Below, piece by piece: positions 1 to 13,369 of a stretch of 64,000 nucleotides of DNA (positions within the stretch are counted from its first letter, which is position 1; the number at the start of each line of letters is the position of its first letter). The translations under genes and the position numbers were made by a program. A model generated the notes under the pieces. That model made no database searches and was not told the origin of the DNA. It was given only the letters and a program-made list of their open reading frames with translations. The stretch is from Selaginella moellendorffii (lineage: Eukaryota; Plantae; Lycopodiophyta), in the NCBI RefSeq assembly GCF_000143415.4, contig NW_003314330.1, positions 62,001 through 126,000 of the forward strand, given 5' to 3'.

Positions 1-199
1 ATTGAAAATGTCATATATTGAAATGCTCCTTTTCTTCCTTTCTCCAAAAAGGGCAATACAAAAGCCTGGTCTCTTTCTCTCTCTCCTTTTATTCCCGTTA
101 CGTCCTCAGGATGTTATCCAAGATGTGGTATAAAACAATCAATAATTTCTTCACGAGTTTGGCTTTGCTAGGGCTCATGCAGATTGGAATATATCTATA

Positions 200-1358
200 T
201 TAAGTGGGCAGGAATTATAGTAGTGTCCATGGATGACTTGATTCATGTAGAGTTGCAGTGACTAAAAAGCTTTTAGTGAAGCTTAAAATTGCTTTATCAA
301 CCTGATTCAATAAGATAGACTTGGGAGAGCTATCATATTGTCTTGGCTTGCAAATAGTTCATGATTGTGCTAATATTTTTTCTCCATTAGGCCAAATTCA
401 CAATAGCCATTCTAGCGATATTTAGAAGCATTTTCCCACAACTTATACATCCTCTAGTCAAAGTCTTGCTCACCTCTAAAAATATGAGCTTATGGTTTGA
501 GGAGAAAAATGAGATGGCCACCAAGCCATTTTGTAATCTTGTTGGTAGTCTTCTCTACTTATCCCTGCACATAGCAATAAAAATTGTTCACTACCTTGAA
601 GAGATAAGCACTTGTGGTCTCTTGTACTTAGAAATTCAAGAGACAGGGGAAGCTTAATTCATTTGGATTTGCAAATGCAAATTATCTTGGAGGTCTAGAT
701 AGCAGAAAATAAAAAACTGGTAGGTGTTTAAACATGCTTGGGGGAGCAATTAGCTGAACAAGTAAGAAGCATGTGATGGTGGCAACCTCAATGTGTAAAG
801 CAAAATTCATGGCTCTTGCATTAGCGACCAAGGAAGCTACCTGGCTTCGGAATTTTTTTCAAAACTTCGAAGTTGCATAAAAATCCACACCAACTCAACT
901 CTACAATGACAATACCTCAGCTGTGCAACTTGCTCACAATCCTGTACTTCATAGAAGCACAAAACACATTGAGGCCAGATGTCACATGATCAGAGATCAC
1001 ATCATCCACCAGCAATTCCAAACACCTGATTGTTGATATTTTCACTAAAGTTCTGGACAAGCACACACACCACAAACTCAGAAGCATGCTTAGAATGAGG
1101 AAAACACTTGGCTGAGGGGGAGAAGTGGGCAGCCAAGCATGTTTTACACTTCTTTGTTTTGCACTATGGCTGCCTTGGCTGACCAAGAGTGTCTTACGCA
1201 TTGGCTGTCTTGGCTGAGGGGGAGTGTTAGGTACAGCCAAGAGAATGCCAAAAAAACTGGGACAACTGGAGCATCATGAGACACTAGGGACAAAGAGAGT
1301 ATATAGAGAGTGTGCTTGAAGATACTTTTATTGTGCTCTTTTCTTTGTTCCAGTAACG
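200..1358 (+). mobile_element. Degenerate Ty1/copia 3' remnant (RT/RNase H, PPT, short 3' LTR)
   Basis: Broken frames give copia motifs DLGELSYCLGLQI, KPFCNLVGSLLYL, GGLDSRK and NPVLHRSTKHIE. A PPT GAGGGGGAG is followed by TGTTAG at 1225; the LTR end near 1358 is approximate. Confidence 0.8.
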
Positions 1359-1359
1359 T

Positions 1360-1720
1360 GCATGGAGGACGCTAGCTTCTTCATCTTCGATAAGATGTGG
1401 GTGAAACCTGACTGGCTCCTGGAATGTAATGATCACGGCCTATTCTGACAATCTGTCAGCTTGTAGCCCATGCCGGCTTGCTGCTTGATGGTGTTGACAA
1501 CTATGGTTCCATAGAGACGGACTTTGGCATAACATATGAGTGCATTATCAATCTTCTTTTGCGATCCGGAATGCTGCGGCAAGCCGAGGAGCTCGCCGTT
1601 TGGGCCGGGATGCTCAGCCTGGAGGATAATTCTCGCTGCATGTAAGAGTCATGGCGATGCTAAGAGAGCGGAATGCCTCGGCAAGCAGGTTGATTGAGGC
1701 TTAGCGCAAAGTTCCTGCTC
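1360..1720 (+). pseudogene. PLS-class PPR pseudogene fragment
   Basis: Frameshifted motifs SWNVMITAYS, YECIINLLLRSGMLRQAEEL and AWRIILAACKSHGD (L2/S2/E-like). Confidence 0.7.
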
Positions 1721-1789
1721 CTACTTTTCTTGCCACTGGAGAAATGAGTGAGTACTCATAACACTTTCTGACATGGCAGAAGTGGAGCT

Positions 1790-2035
1790 CCAGAGAGTCT
1801 GGGATTGTTCGTGAATGCTGCGGCCGGGATGGTCCCTGTGGTATTTCCCCAGATAGAAAGTTGCTTTAGAGATTCATAAATCGCAGATTGGGCAGCTTCA
1901 GCATCGATTCAGGAACTTCACCGGTGAGTTCGTTCAATGACAAGTCCAGAGACTCCAGCGACGTTGCGTTTCCAATGCTTGCTGGAATGCTACCTTTGAG
2001 CTCGTTGTCCGAGACTCTGAAGTTGTACCCGTGAG
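1790..2035 (-). pseudogene. Extracellular-type LRR (RLP/RLK) fragment truncated by a copia LTR
   Basis: Minus strand reads VSDNELKGSIPASIGNATSLESLDLSLNELTGEVPESMLKLPNL...GTIPAAAFTNNP, matching the plant LRR consensus LxxLDLSxNxLxGxIP. Confidence 0.75.
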
Positions 2036-2075
2036 GTAGGACCAGCTGTTACTCGGAGGTGGAGGGATCTGACCA

Positions 2076-5000
2076 TGTTGTGATGTGAAAAAGGATGGAC
2101 ATAACACTCATGAGCTCGTTCATTGTCTTTTTTTACATGACTCAATCATGACCACGTGGACGTGCCACGTCAGCTGATCGAGACTGACATCTCGACACTC
2201 CCACTCTGGCTTGATCAGCTGAGAGGATGGACTACCCCTCCCACTCAGCCGAAACAGATGGAGAGCAGACTCCCAGTGCAGCGCGATGGCGTTCAAAGGA
2301 GTCTCGAGCCAATGCCTCGGTGGGGCAATATTCCAGCAGCAACTTTCCAATCTCGATGTGTTTCGTCCGAGAATGGAAGCGTGGATTGGCGGCTAGTGCA
2401 AGAGCACTTTGGTTGTCCGAGAACAGCACCATAGGGCCGGTGCAAGCAAGAATCTGGGGCAGGTCACGGCAGAACTGGGTCAACCAAATCGCTTCTTTGT
2501 TAGGGCAATGTACTCCTGCCTCTGTCGACACCAGCGGCCGGCGCTTACTGCTCCAGGACACAGCAGCCCCATGGAGCAAGAACGCATACCCGGAGGTAGA
2601 GCGCCTTGAGTCCTGGTCGCCCGCCCAGTCCGCATCCGAGTATCCATGAAGTTCCTGTGACACAGCAGCGCTATAGTGAAGCTGCAAATGCAAGGTACCT
2701 CGAACGTAGCGGAAAATCTGCTTCACAGCTTGCCAATGTGCAGGTCCGGGGTTCTCGAGGAACTGGGAGACCATCCCAACAGCATAGGCGAGATCTGGTC
2801 GTGTTCCCAGCATCAAATAAACAAGACTTCCCACAGCTTGACGATATGGCACCGTGGACATGTACTCGCGTTCTTCCTCTGTGACAGGGGCCATGTCACG
2901 GCTGAGTTTGTGATTGACCTCAAGAGGTGTGGCCACGGGAGAGCAGTCCAGCATATTGAAGCGTTCCAAGATCTCCCTTGCATAATGAGCTTGTGTCAAA
3001 CTCAAGGTGCGTGCTCCTCGACTGTGTAAAATTTGGATGCCAAGGAAATGGCAAAGCTCGCCCAGGCCAGACATCTCAAATTCTTCACTCAGCTTCTTTT
3101 TCATCTCGTCCAGCAGGTGGCGGGTTTTTGCACCGAGAATGCAGTCGTCAACGTACACAGCAACCAGGAGAAAATCGTCACCACACTTGTACAGGTACAC
3201 GTTTCCTTCCACTGCAAGAGGAACACACCCCAGGCTCTTGAAGAACACATCAATGCGTTCAAACCAAACCCTCGGGGATTGTTTAAGCCCATACAGGGCG
3301 CGATTCATCTTGCAAATAAGATGTTCCTCACCAGGTTTGACGAATCCAGGTGGTTGCGTGATGTAGACCTCCTCGTTCAACTTGCTATGCAGGAAAGCAG
3401 TGCGAATGTCCAACTGGTGCAGTTCCAGGTTGTACTTGGCAGCCAGTGCAAGGATCACTCGCGCAGAGGTCAACTTCACAACTGGTGAGTACGTCTCCAT
3501 GTATTCCAAACCTGGAATCTGGCTGAATCCCCGTGCGACAAACCTGGCCTTGAACTTTGCTACAGTTCCATCAGGTTTGTACTTGACTGTGTAAATCCAT
3601 TTCGTCACAAGGTGAGCACCTTCAGGTAAAGTTGTCTTTGTCATTGTATTGTTTCGCTCATGCAAATGCATTTCAGCATTCATGGCATGAGGTCCAGCTA
3701 ATGCTTTGTCAACATTCGCTGGAATGGGGATTCGCTTTGGATTAGCAGCCACGAAGTTAGTCTGGTGTGTTCCTTTCTTTTTAATTTTTCCAAAACTAAA
3801 GAAGGGACAAGATTGCTCAGCTTCCAGTTGCAGCCGCAATGGTACGGGAACTCGAGCAGAGCGCCAAGGTTCAGGACGTGCTGGAGGGTGGATCACAGGT
3901 GGTGGAACAAGTGGAGAGTCTGGGAGAGCTCCCACTGAAGTTGGCAACCTGCTTCCAGCTCCCACTGAAGGTGATGATCCACGTCCAGCTCCCACTGAAG
4001 ATGAGCCGAGGAAGAACTCAGGAGCAGCTTGAAATTCCTCGTCGCCCTTGAAGTAAGTGTTCATCAGCTCTTCAGAGAAGCTAGGTGTTCTCACTGGAGG
4101 AGCTTCTGGCAGAGGTGTAGCTGGAGGGTGTGGTGGCAGTGCTGGAGGAACCACCACGTTACCACCAGCAGGAGCAAGAGGCAGCAACGGGACTTGAGAA
4201 GGAGCTGTAGTCTCGTGAATTGTGTCCACCAGCTGGAGTTCCATGAAAGTAGGAGCAGGAACTTCAGCGCGATCCTTGTACAGCTTGCTCTCATCAAAGA
4301 GCACGTCCATCTTTGAGAGAATAAAGGTGATATCCTTTCATGCCTTCCAAATATCTGAGGAAAATGGATGGCTCAGCCTTTGACTCCAGCTTTCGGTGTT
4401 GCTTTTGTGGAACGTGTGCGTAGGCAAAACAGCCAAAAATGCGGAGATGATCGTAACCCAAGTGCGTGACTAGTCCAAAGTTCATAAGGAGTAGTCTTCT
4501 CAGGCAGGGCACGTGCTGGCAACCAGTTTCGAACATAAACAGCCGTGTTAACTGCCTCTCCCCAGAAAGCAGCCGGCATTCCCGCGTGAAGCAGCATACA
4601 GCATGCAGCTTCTATGATGGTGCGATTCACCCTCTCGGCAGCACCATTCTGGGCATGTGCATCAGGGACAGCATACTGGCGCTGGATCCCAGCTTCAGCA
4701 CAAAACGTCTCTAATTCTCCAGAGACGAATTCTCCTCCACAATCACAGCGGAGCACATGAACTAAACAGCCGTGTAGATTTTCTACCAAAGCCTTGTATT
4801 GGCTAAAACAGGAGAATACTTCTGACTTGTGAGCCAGCAGGTACACGATCAGGTACCGCGTGTAATCATCCAGGAAGGTGACTACGTAACGTTTGCCTCC
4901 CAAAGATTCAACCATAATCGAACAAACGTCCGAGTGTACCAACTCAAGAACAGAACTTGCTCGAGAATGAGAAATCTGTGGAAAAGGAAAAACGTGGTGT

Positions 5001-6515
5001 TTTCCACCAACACAAGCTTCTCAGAAGGGCAGCGCGCTCCCAGGCGCCACAGGAACATCCACCTTTTTTAGCTGTTGCTCGTTCACGTGACCAAGGCGCT
5101 GGTGCCAGGTTGCAAGTGTCGGTGGAACCCGAGCCATCAGCGCCACAGGTGGAAGGATCACGTGAGCATCCAGGCGGTAGAGCGTATCAACTGGAACTCC
5201 AAAAGCGACCTTGTCTCCAGTCTCGGCATCCAGCACGAACGCTCCCTGTGCTGTGAACAGAGTATCGAAGCCTACTTGAGCAGCAGTTCCAATCGACAGC
5301 AGCGTGTGTGTAAGTCCCGGAACATAAGACACAGGATAGATCTCCCGGATTTCTCCAGAAGAGAGCTGAACCCTGATTGTTCCTTTGCCTAGCACGTCGT
5401 GAGCAGAGGAGTCACCGAGTCCCATGGCGTCACTCTCACACGGTTCTTGGTAGTCAAAAAACAAGGAAGCCATGGGCGTCATATGGAATGACGCTCCAGA
5501 ATCCAGCCACAGCTCTGGTCCGAGCACGGGCTGGTGGCTGCTGCTTGCAGAGCGAGCCATCAAGAGCTTACGAGGAGTCCCAGAGCCCTTGTCTTTGTTT
5601 CCTTTGTCTTTGTTCTTGGCAGCTTTAGCACGATCAACTTTCTTCTTCTTGCAATCCCTCGCCAAGTGTCCAGGTTTGTGGCAATAGTGACAAATGCCAC
5701 GAAAACCAGTGTCGTTCGGCTGAGCTTGAGAGGACGAGGATGATCCTCCCGCAGCGCCAGCATAAAGCAAGGAAGATTTGGCTGACCTTCATCTTGCGTT
5801 CCTCTTCAATTAGGGCACCCACGACGTTCATGGCCATGTGAGATAGAACAGATGCGAGCGTGCTAAACGCAGGCGTGACGGTTGCAAGCCGCAACGCCCT
5901 GGCGCGATCGTCCGTGACAGGAGACCCAATTCAGATATTAGCTCTCGAATCCGTCCCACGTACACATCAATGGTTTCAGTTTCCATGTGAAGCGCCAAGA
6001 ATTGTTGATTCAGCAACATGGAAGAATTTGCGGTTTGGGCCACGAAGATCGTGCGAAGCGACGTCCAGATTTCAGCAGCGGTCTTGGTGAGATCAATCAG
6101 CGGCAAGAATTCATCGCTCAATCCCAAGCCAATGACGGTGATGGCTTGCTGATTGCGAAAATCCCAATCTGATTGTAGCGTCTGCTCAGCGGGACGAGGC
6201 TCAGTCCCATCAACGATGTTCCACGCTCGTTTCGCAGAGAGGATCAGCCTGATTCTTGTCGCCCATGTGAAGAAATTCGTGCCACTGAATTTCTCCACCT
6301 TCTCTGTGGAAGCCACGAGAACTTGAGCAGCAACCGGTGGCGGCGGCGGTGGTGGGGGCAGCGCCATGACAGCAACGTCAAATCAACCAACCACGAAATC
6401 CGATACCATGTTGTGATGTGAAAAGGGATGGTCATGAGCTCGTTCTCTTTTTACATGACTCAAGGGACATGACTCATGACCACGTGGACATGCCACGTCA
6501 GCTGATCGATACTAC
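2076..6515 (-). mobile_element. Near full-length Ty1/copia LTR retrotransposon, frameshifted
   Basis: LTRs at 2076-2197 and about 6409-6515 (TGTTGTGATGTGAAAA...). PBS TGGTATCGG next to 6409; PPT GAGTGGGAG at 2198-2206. Gag 5828-6367; CCHC knuckle, protease LDSGASFHM and WHQRLGH in 5021-5770; integrase VHSDVC/LRCDCGGEF in 4373-4942; RT/RNase H (YVDD, SDADWAG, RTKHIE) in 2232-4310. Confidence 0.95.
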
Positions 6516-6519
6516 GTTC

Positions 6520-6830
6520 CCACTCTCTGTCAATGCTTTCGCCATTGGACGCGATCCAAGTATCTGGGAACGCCCCACAGAGTTCATGCCCGAGAGATTC
6601 CTTGGGAGATCAGTGGATTTCAAGGGCCAGCACTTCGATCTCATACCATTTGGATTGGGGCGGAGGATGTGTCCTGGGATGCCACTCGCATTGAAAGCTC
6701 TTGAGCTGCTCCATGGATTTTATTGGAGTTTCCCTCCCAGAGAGATCCAAACTCTAAGTCTCCTCTAAAACTCCTGGCAGATCCAAACTCTAAGTCTCCT
6801 CTAAAACTCCTGGCAGTTCCAAGACATTCA
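6520..6830 (+). pseudogene. Cytochrome P450 C-terminal fragment
   Basis: [16 protein letters not shown] and heme motif [10 protein letters not shown]. 5' part is missing (abuts the copia LTR). A 36-bp tandem duplication lies at 6744-6816. Confidence 0.9.
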
Positions 6831-7640
6831 ACGTCTGTTTATGCTACTGTTAAATAATGTGGACATGTAGACATATTTTCTAAAATAAACGTTGTTTCTT
6901 AATAAATCGGCAGGACTCATCTAGTGTGCTGTTCGCCACTGTTACCATGGAAGGCCTTCAGCAGTAGCTTGCTTTCAAGGCTTCCAAAGGTAATCGGCAG
7001 TGCAAGTTTACTTGTTGCTCCTCAGGCCTTTCTAGCTCCATGCTCTGGAAAGAGATGAGGTCGCGAATAGCGCATTGTATCATGCTGTTGACCACACCAA
7101 TCAACTCCACAAACAAAATTCATACAATCTGGGCGATGGATTCATCTGAAATACCATGCAAGCAAGCAGCCATTTGAAATTTCTATGTAGTTCTCGCATT
7201 CTGCATTTTGCTTTACACACTGCCAAGGAAAAAAATGCCACTGCGGAGCTCCCCACGACATCAAGCCACCTTCACCAGCACGCCAACTGCCACCTTTTAG
7301 AATTTTCTTCTAGAGGATAAAGCTCTTGAATGACTTGGCATATGGATTTGATTGAAGCTTTTGGGGAGATCCAAAATCCTGATGCTTGCTTTGAGCTGTT
7401 AAAGTCTTGTGGGAGCAGTGGCTTGGTGGGTTCATTTATCGGTCACGCTATGACTGCCGACCTGTCAAACTTTTCAGCATGCATACGTAGGTAATAATCA
7501 GATGAAGTTTGTTTTTAAAGCCTAAAAATGGTCCAAATTAAAATTAAAAATTTATTATGCTAGTAATAATATAGTACATTTATTTATCACAAATTCCATG
7601 TTTTATTATGATTTTGAGAGTTGTGCACTTTAATGAAAAT

Positions 7641-7810
7641 GGGCTTCTTTGGAGACAATGGTGCTTGGCACTAATCCTAGCTTTAAATACATGACTAGTC
7701 CACAGAGTGCTTTCCCAACAAGATGAATCCCATGAAGTTGTTATTGTTCCTCCATAAGGCAGTGAACCCCATGATTAGTTAGAAGAGTAGCAACAGAAGC
7801 AATGTCAACT
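7641..7810 (-). pseudogene. Inverted, internally deleted copy of a P450 5' end
   Basis: Reverse complement gives ...ggaggaacaataacaac... and MYLKLGLVPSTIVSKEA, matching 8325-8575 of the neighbouring P450 with several deletions. Confidence 0.8.
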
Positions 7811-8283
7811 CAGTTCAGAACACCATTACTTAACGTAGCGACACAAAGGGCTTTTGCAAACTTTGCTCAGTTAGTGTTTGTGATTTCGACTGATCCAGTA
7901 AGGGGTTATGTACCTTTTAATCCAGCGAAGTCTAATTTCTTGGCGACTCACCATCAAGCTGACACCGCCGTTGCCACATGCTTTTACTTGGGATTTTTTT
8001 TGGAAACTTCTCCTGCAAACTTGGACTGACCCATTCAACTTATTGAACTGCTAGCGACATGCATACGTAGGTAATAATCAAATCAAGTTTGAATTATTCA
8101 GAGTTTAGTGCCGAATTCATGTACGCATGAAATAGTATTATGACAAGTATGCAAGCAGAAGACTTGGTGATTAAACTGTTAATCATCAACTTTGCAGTTT
8201 TCAAGAGTTTAGTGACAGCAAAGCAGAATCTTCAAATGAAAAGTCGACGATTCTGATTTGTGTCATGATAACAATACTTTTCC

Positions 8284-8292
8284 TATATATAA
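8284..8292 (+). promoter_or_regulatory. TATA box of P450 gene
   Basis: TATATATAA about 35 nt upstream of ATG 8322. Confidence 0.5.
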
Positions 8293-8321
8293 GTATGCCC
8301 CTTTCCAAAAAAATCAAGCTA

Positions 8322-9876
8322 ATGGAGTCGACATTGCTTCTCTTGCTTCTCTTGTTTCTGATAATGGGCTTCACTGCCTTAAGGAGGAACAATAACAACT
8401 TGCCCCCATCTCCAGGATGGGCAATTCCACTTGTTGGCCACCTCTATCTCGTTGGGATGCAAGCACACAGATCTTTGCAAGCACTCTCGCAAAAGTGTGG
8501 ACCAATCATGTATTTGAAGCTGGGATTAGTACCAAGCATCATTGTCTCCAGTCCAGAGATGGCAAAAGAAGCGCTCAAGGACAATGGCTTGGCCTTTGCT
8601 TCGAGGCCATATCTTTTGATCAATGAGCTTGTAGGCTACAACTCTGTGGGAATTGGAATACGCTATGGCGAGCATACGAAGCGGTTGCGAAAGATTTGCA
8701 CTGTGGAGTTCCTCACAACCCAGAGAATAGATTCTTTTTCTTGGGTGAGATCGGAAGAATTGTCCAGAGCCTTTCGCGTTTTGCTAAAGTCGAGGGAGAG
8801 AAAAGCGGCAGTAAACTTGCGAGAGCTTTTGTCAACTTTCACATTCAACGCAGTGACAGAGATTTTGATGAGCAGGAGATTCTTTGGCGATGCTTCCAAA
8901 GGAGATGCAGACTCCATAAAGTTCAGGAGATCTATACACCAGAGCTTAAGTCTGGCCATCAAGTTCCACATCACAGAGTTTGTTCCAGCCTACTTGAGAG
9001 GATTCCTTGAGTGGCTTGATCCCTCCATCCCTCACTTCAAGAAGTTGCATGAGATTCAAGATAGGTTCTTGCAAAAAGTACTTGAGGAACACAAGGAATC
9101 ACGCCAGAGTACCAAAGATTTCATGGATATCATGCTAGAGAACTTCAAGGAGGAAGGGTCAGGAGGGGAAAACGTTGTCAAAGCTGTTATAACAGTAAGT
9201 CTGGAGCATCCAAAATGATCAAACTACATTAATTTGTCTTCTGTTCAAATAACAGGATCTAATTCTGGCATCAGACTCGACTGGAGTAGCTGCTGAATGG
9301 GCGATGGCACAACTTCTTCACAACCCCTCTGTTATGGAGAAAGCCCAGATCGAGCTCAATCTTGTCGTGGGTCCAAACCGCCTAGTCGAAGAGTCCGATT
9401 TCTCAAAGCTGGAGTATTTTCAAGCTATTATCAAGGAAACTATGAGACTTTGCCCTCCAGGTCCACTCCTCATCCCTCGCAGCTCGGATGAAGCTTGCAA
9501 GATTGGTGGCTATCACATCCCCAAAGGCTCTACGTTGTTTATCAATGCTTTTGCCATGGGACGCGACCCAAGAATCTGGGAACACCCCACGAAGTTTATG
9601 CCCGAGAGATTCCTTGGAAGCTCGACGGACATCAAGGGCCAGCATTTCGAGCTCATACCGTTTGGATCAGGGCGGAGGATTTGCCCCGGGATGCCACTGG
9701 GACTGAGGACTCTCCAGTTGATACTGTCAAATTTACTCCATGGTTTTGATTGGAGCTTCGTCCAGGGAAAAGTTTATACTCTAGAGGATACTTTTGAGAC
9801 TGCGTTGCTGCTCAAGATTCCTTTGGAGGTAATGGCAACTCCAAGGCACTCCTTGGATGTATATAAAGTATTCTAA
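8322..9876 (+). CDS. Cytochrome P450, CYP71 clan (exons 8322-9194, 9256-9876; about 497 aa)
   Basis: N-terminal TM anchor, LPPSP..PLVGHL, ETMR, PERF and FGSGRRICPG. Phase-0 GT-AG intron 9195-9255 at the usual A-type P450 position. Confidence 0.93.
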
Positions 9877-9897
9877 ACTGTGATTTAGAAGAACATA

Positions 9898-10760
9898 ATG
9901 TATTTGCGTATAGATTTGATATTTGTCATGGCTGTTCTTCTAAAGTCTTTGAAACCAGGTTACTCTGATGATCGCATAAGGGAGCAAAACTACTTTGCCA
10001 GTCTTCTCAAATCTTGCACAGACTCAAGAAATCTCCAGCAAGGCAGGCAAATTCACACTCGAATTCTAGAGCTTCCAGATCTTTACCTTTGCAACCTCCT
10101 CGTTCTCATGTATGGAAGGCGTGGCAGCATTGCAGATGCCCAGGCGGTGTTTGTGTCCATCGCTAATCCCAATGATTTCTCCTGGAACATCTTGTTTGGT
10201 ATATATGCCCAGAATGGGCGTTTGCAGCAAGCCAAGAACGGCTAGATCGAGCCAAAGAGATGTTCCATGCAACGCCTTGAAAGGACACTTCCTCTTGGAA
10301 TGGAATGATGCATGCATTTCGTCAGGCTGGACAGGTCGACACTGCGAGAGAGATTTCTGACACCATGCCTCAGAAAGACGTCGTGGGTTATTTCAGCTTA
10401 TACCCAGAACGGGCATCTTGAAGAAGCCGGGACCTTGTGTTTGAGAATGCCAAATTCAAATGTGATCACTTTCAACACAATGATTTTACAAGCTTGATCG
10501 TGTGAAGAATTTGTTTGATTCAATGCCGGAAAGGGATTTGGTGACATGGGGCAAGCTCTTGACACATGCTTAGAAGAAAAACCTCTTAAACGCAGAGTTG
10601 TTCAAAAGCATGCCGAGATGACATTCTGTTAATGAACGTGATGATCAATGCTTATGTTTTGGCCAGCTTGATTTTTACTTTCTATGTATTATAAAAATGT
10701 AGCTTCATGGACGTTTGTTCTTTCTGCATTTGCTCAAGCATTGGAGAAAAATTGAATTTC
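9898..10760 (+). pseudogene. PLS-class PPR pseudogene
   Basis: FASLLKSC...GRQIH, YLCNLLVLMYGR, FSWNILFGIYAQNG and VISAYTQNGHLEEA, with stops and frameshifts. Confidence 0.85.
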
Positions 10761-10894
10761 ATGATTGATGAAATTAGATTATAAAGTTTCATAATATATT
10801 TTCATTATCATTGCCACATTGCAGACATAAAATGCCACATCGGAAGAAATCTGGATCGTTAATTATATTGAAATTTAAACCATTTGTCGCTAGG

Positions 10895-11120
10895 ATCTAG
10901 GTTGATTGCTACTTGCTCGTGGCTGCACTGCTACATTGCTAGATGGAGCTGGATCTGTGTTGTTGGATAGAGTTGGATCGCTGCTTGCTAGAGCTAGATT
11001 GCTGCACCGCTGTGTTGGATGGAGCTGGATCGCTGTTTGCTCGGCTGTGGCTGCCTGGCTAGTGCTGGATCGCTGCTTGCTCGGCTCACGCTGCTCTTGT
11101 CTGGTCGATCCGCTGCTCGC
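10895..11120. repeat. Degenerate tandem repeat (GCTGGATCGCTG core)
   Basis: Repeated gagctggatc/ggatcgctgcttgct units; possibly TE subterminal repeats. Confidence 0.55.
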
Positions 11121-13369
11121 TGAATGTGCCGCTCCTGGAGATCAGTGAGAACAAAAATAGCTTTAAAAAGAAGCAACCTCTTACTAAATCGAAAAGCTGT
11201 TGCACCAACAAGAACTCCCGCAGTATTGGAGAGTACTCCCTGGTACAAGCTCAGTATCAGTTCCGCCCAGAAGTAGGACATGCCAGACTAGTTAATTACT
11301 GCATAGCAAGGGCCAATATCTTGATGGTTGGAATCCAAAATATGCGAAAGACCAGATATCAAACCAAACTTCCACTTAAAGGTAAATATGGAGAGGATAT
11401 TACCTGGGAAACCATCATACACAGAGAAGGTGAACGGACATGGCTAAGCTGCGTAAGCCCGGCCAAGAAAACCAATGGATTGCATCAGTAAAACAATGCT
11501 GCAAATGCTTGACCAACAACGAAGGGCTAAAATTGAGCACATATATTACATACCTTGCTCCTGCTCCTGGGGCCACGGAAATTCAGTTCAACCTGGAAGA
11601 AGTGTCAAGAACGAGAGAGTAAAACATGAGAAAGGATGGAAGAAAGTTTGCACTGGTTTCTGCGACAAGTCAAGAGGGCTTACGTCGGTTTGTTTAGCTT
11701 CGTTGCAATGTACTTCTTGACCAGCAATATGGGAAGTTGCCTATCTCTGCGTGTTTAGAGAAGTCAGTGGAGTTGAAATCGTCTTACGTTATTCTCACGT
11801 AGGGTGTTATGATCGGGAAGCAGCGAGTCCTCACTCCTGTGGATCCGACAAGTCAGATGCCAAAGAGAAAAATAAAACAGAGAGAGATCGAGAGAAAGAT
11901 GACCTGCAAAGCCAGAGAAGTTTCTAAGGGAAAACGAAAGGACTTAACTGGTTGGCTGCGGGCTTGAGAGCAAACCACACTCCCTTGTCTGCTGTGACAA
12001 CCTGGAAGCGAGGAGGAAGAGTAGCTTTGTAAAGTTCTCCGAGAGCAGAAATGCACGAAACTAAGAAACCGAAGGACTACTGTGCAATCAAGCAACTTCT
12101 AGGATTTAAACTTGGCATTGCATGAAAGTGATACAAGCAATTTACTTGAATCACTGCTCTAAGATTTGTGCTCTTCGTCCTCTTCGCTCGAGCTTGTTAT
12201 TTCTCACTTAACTTTCATGTAATTAAATAGAGCTGGGGCAATCTCTTCCTCTGAAAGTGTGATATCTTCCACAGGCGAGCTATATGCCTGTAAAACAAAA
12301 CTGACAATGAGAAGTAATGCAAAGTATGAGTGAACTCATAGTTTTCTGCCAGAATGTAAACTAGACCACTCCTAACAAACCAAACGTAATTATACTTGTG
12401 AATTAAGGCACAATGACCACCATATCACTCTAGGTCACCTTTAAATCCCAAGCCTTGGGTGTAACATTTGCTTCAAGACACTAGGGGGAAATATTATAGC
12501 TTAATGGCTTAGTATGAGTATTTTTACTTTTTCACTTCCATCTTAAAGGGAAGGCCCAAGCCCCTAGGAAGGGGCAAGGATTAATGAATTGCAAGTTGGC
12601 ATCATTTCATATAAATTAGGAGTATTGTAGTTGATTTCCTTTCCAGAAGTGAGAGTTACTTTTGAGCATTTCTTTGAGTAACCCTTCTAACACTACTTGG
12701 AGTCCATATTCACTCCCACCCAAAGTGTTTAAGCTCTAATCTCAACCTCAAGTTAATTTAGAAATACCACTAGAAAATTCCTTCAAGACTGGTTCCTAGA
12801 CTCTAAATGATTTCACTCCTCATTCACTAAGTGGATGTGAAGAGCTAGGTGAATCTGTGTGGGAGAAAGTGTTAGTTGCTATGGTGTGGCTCCATCACAA
12901 AAACAAGCACACACAAACTTGTATGGAACAGTGGATGAAACAAATGGGCTTGTAGATATTGTTGCGGAGTCTGGGCTCTCCACGCCTGATGACATAGTGC
13001 TTGTTCAAAATGTTGGAGTTAGTGCTGCTGGTCTTTTCGTGAAGTTTTATGCAATGTAAACGAATTCATAGGTACTCGTCGGGAGAGTTGCTGGTGAAGC
13101 AAGACGATCTGGAAGCATATTGTTTGGAGTAGCGCAGCTCAGAAGAATTCGCATAAAAAGCCGTACGATTTTTAGGGTTTATATGCTGAGCAAGAGGCAT
13201 ATCAAGCCCAAGAGGACCCAATGCCAGTCGCAAAGTCCAAACAACAAACCAAAGAAGGTGCCTGGGGAAGGACGTTACATTTGCAAGGGAAAGGACAAGA
13301 CGTGTCCGAAGAAAACAGCCGAACACTCTCAAGCATTGCCCGGCTGGGGATGTCAAGGACAAGGCAGCT

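Noticed and set aside
7320-7445. Possible PPR N-terminal trace (DACFELLKSCG)
   Set aside because: Too short and degraded to call.
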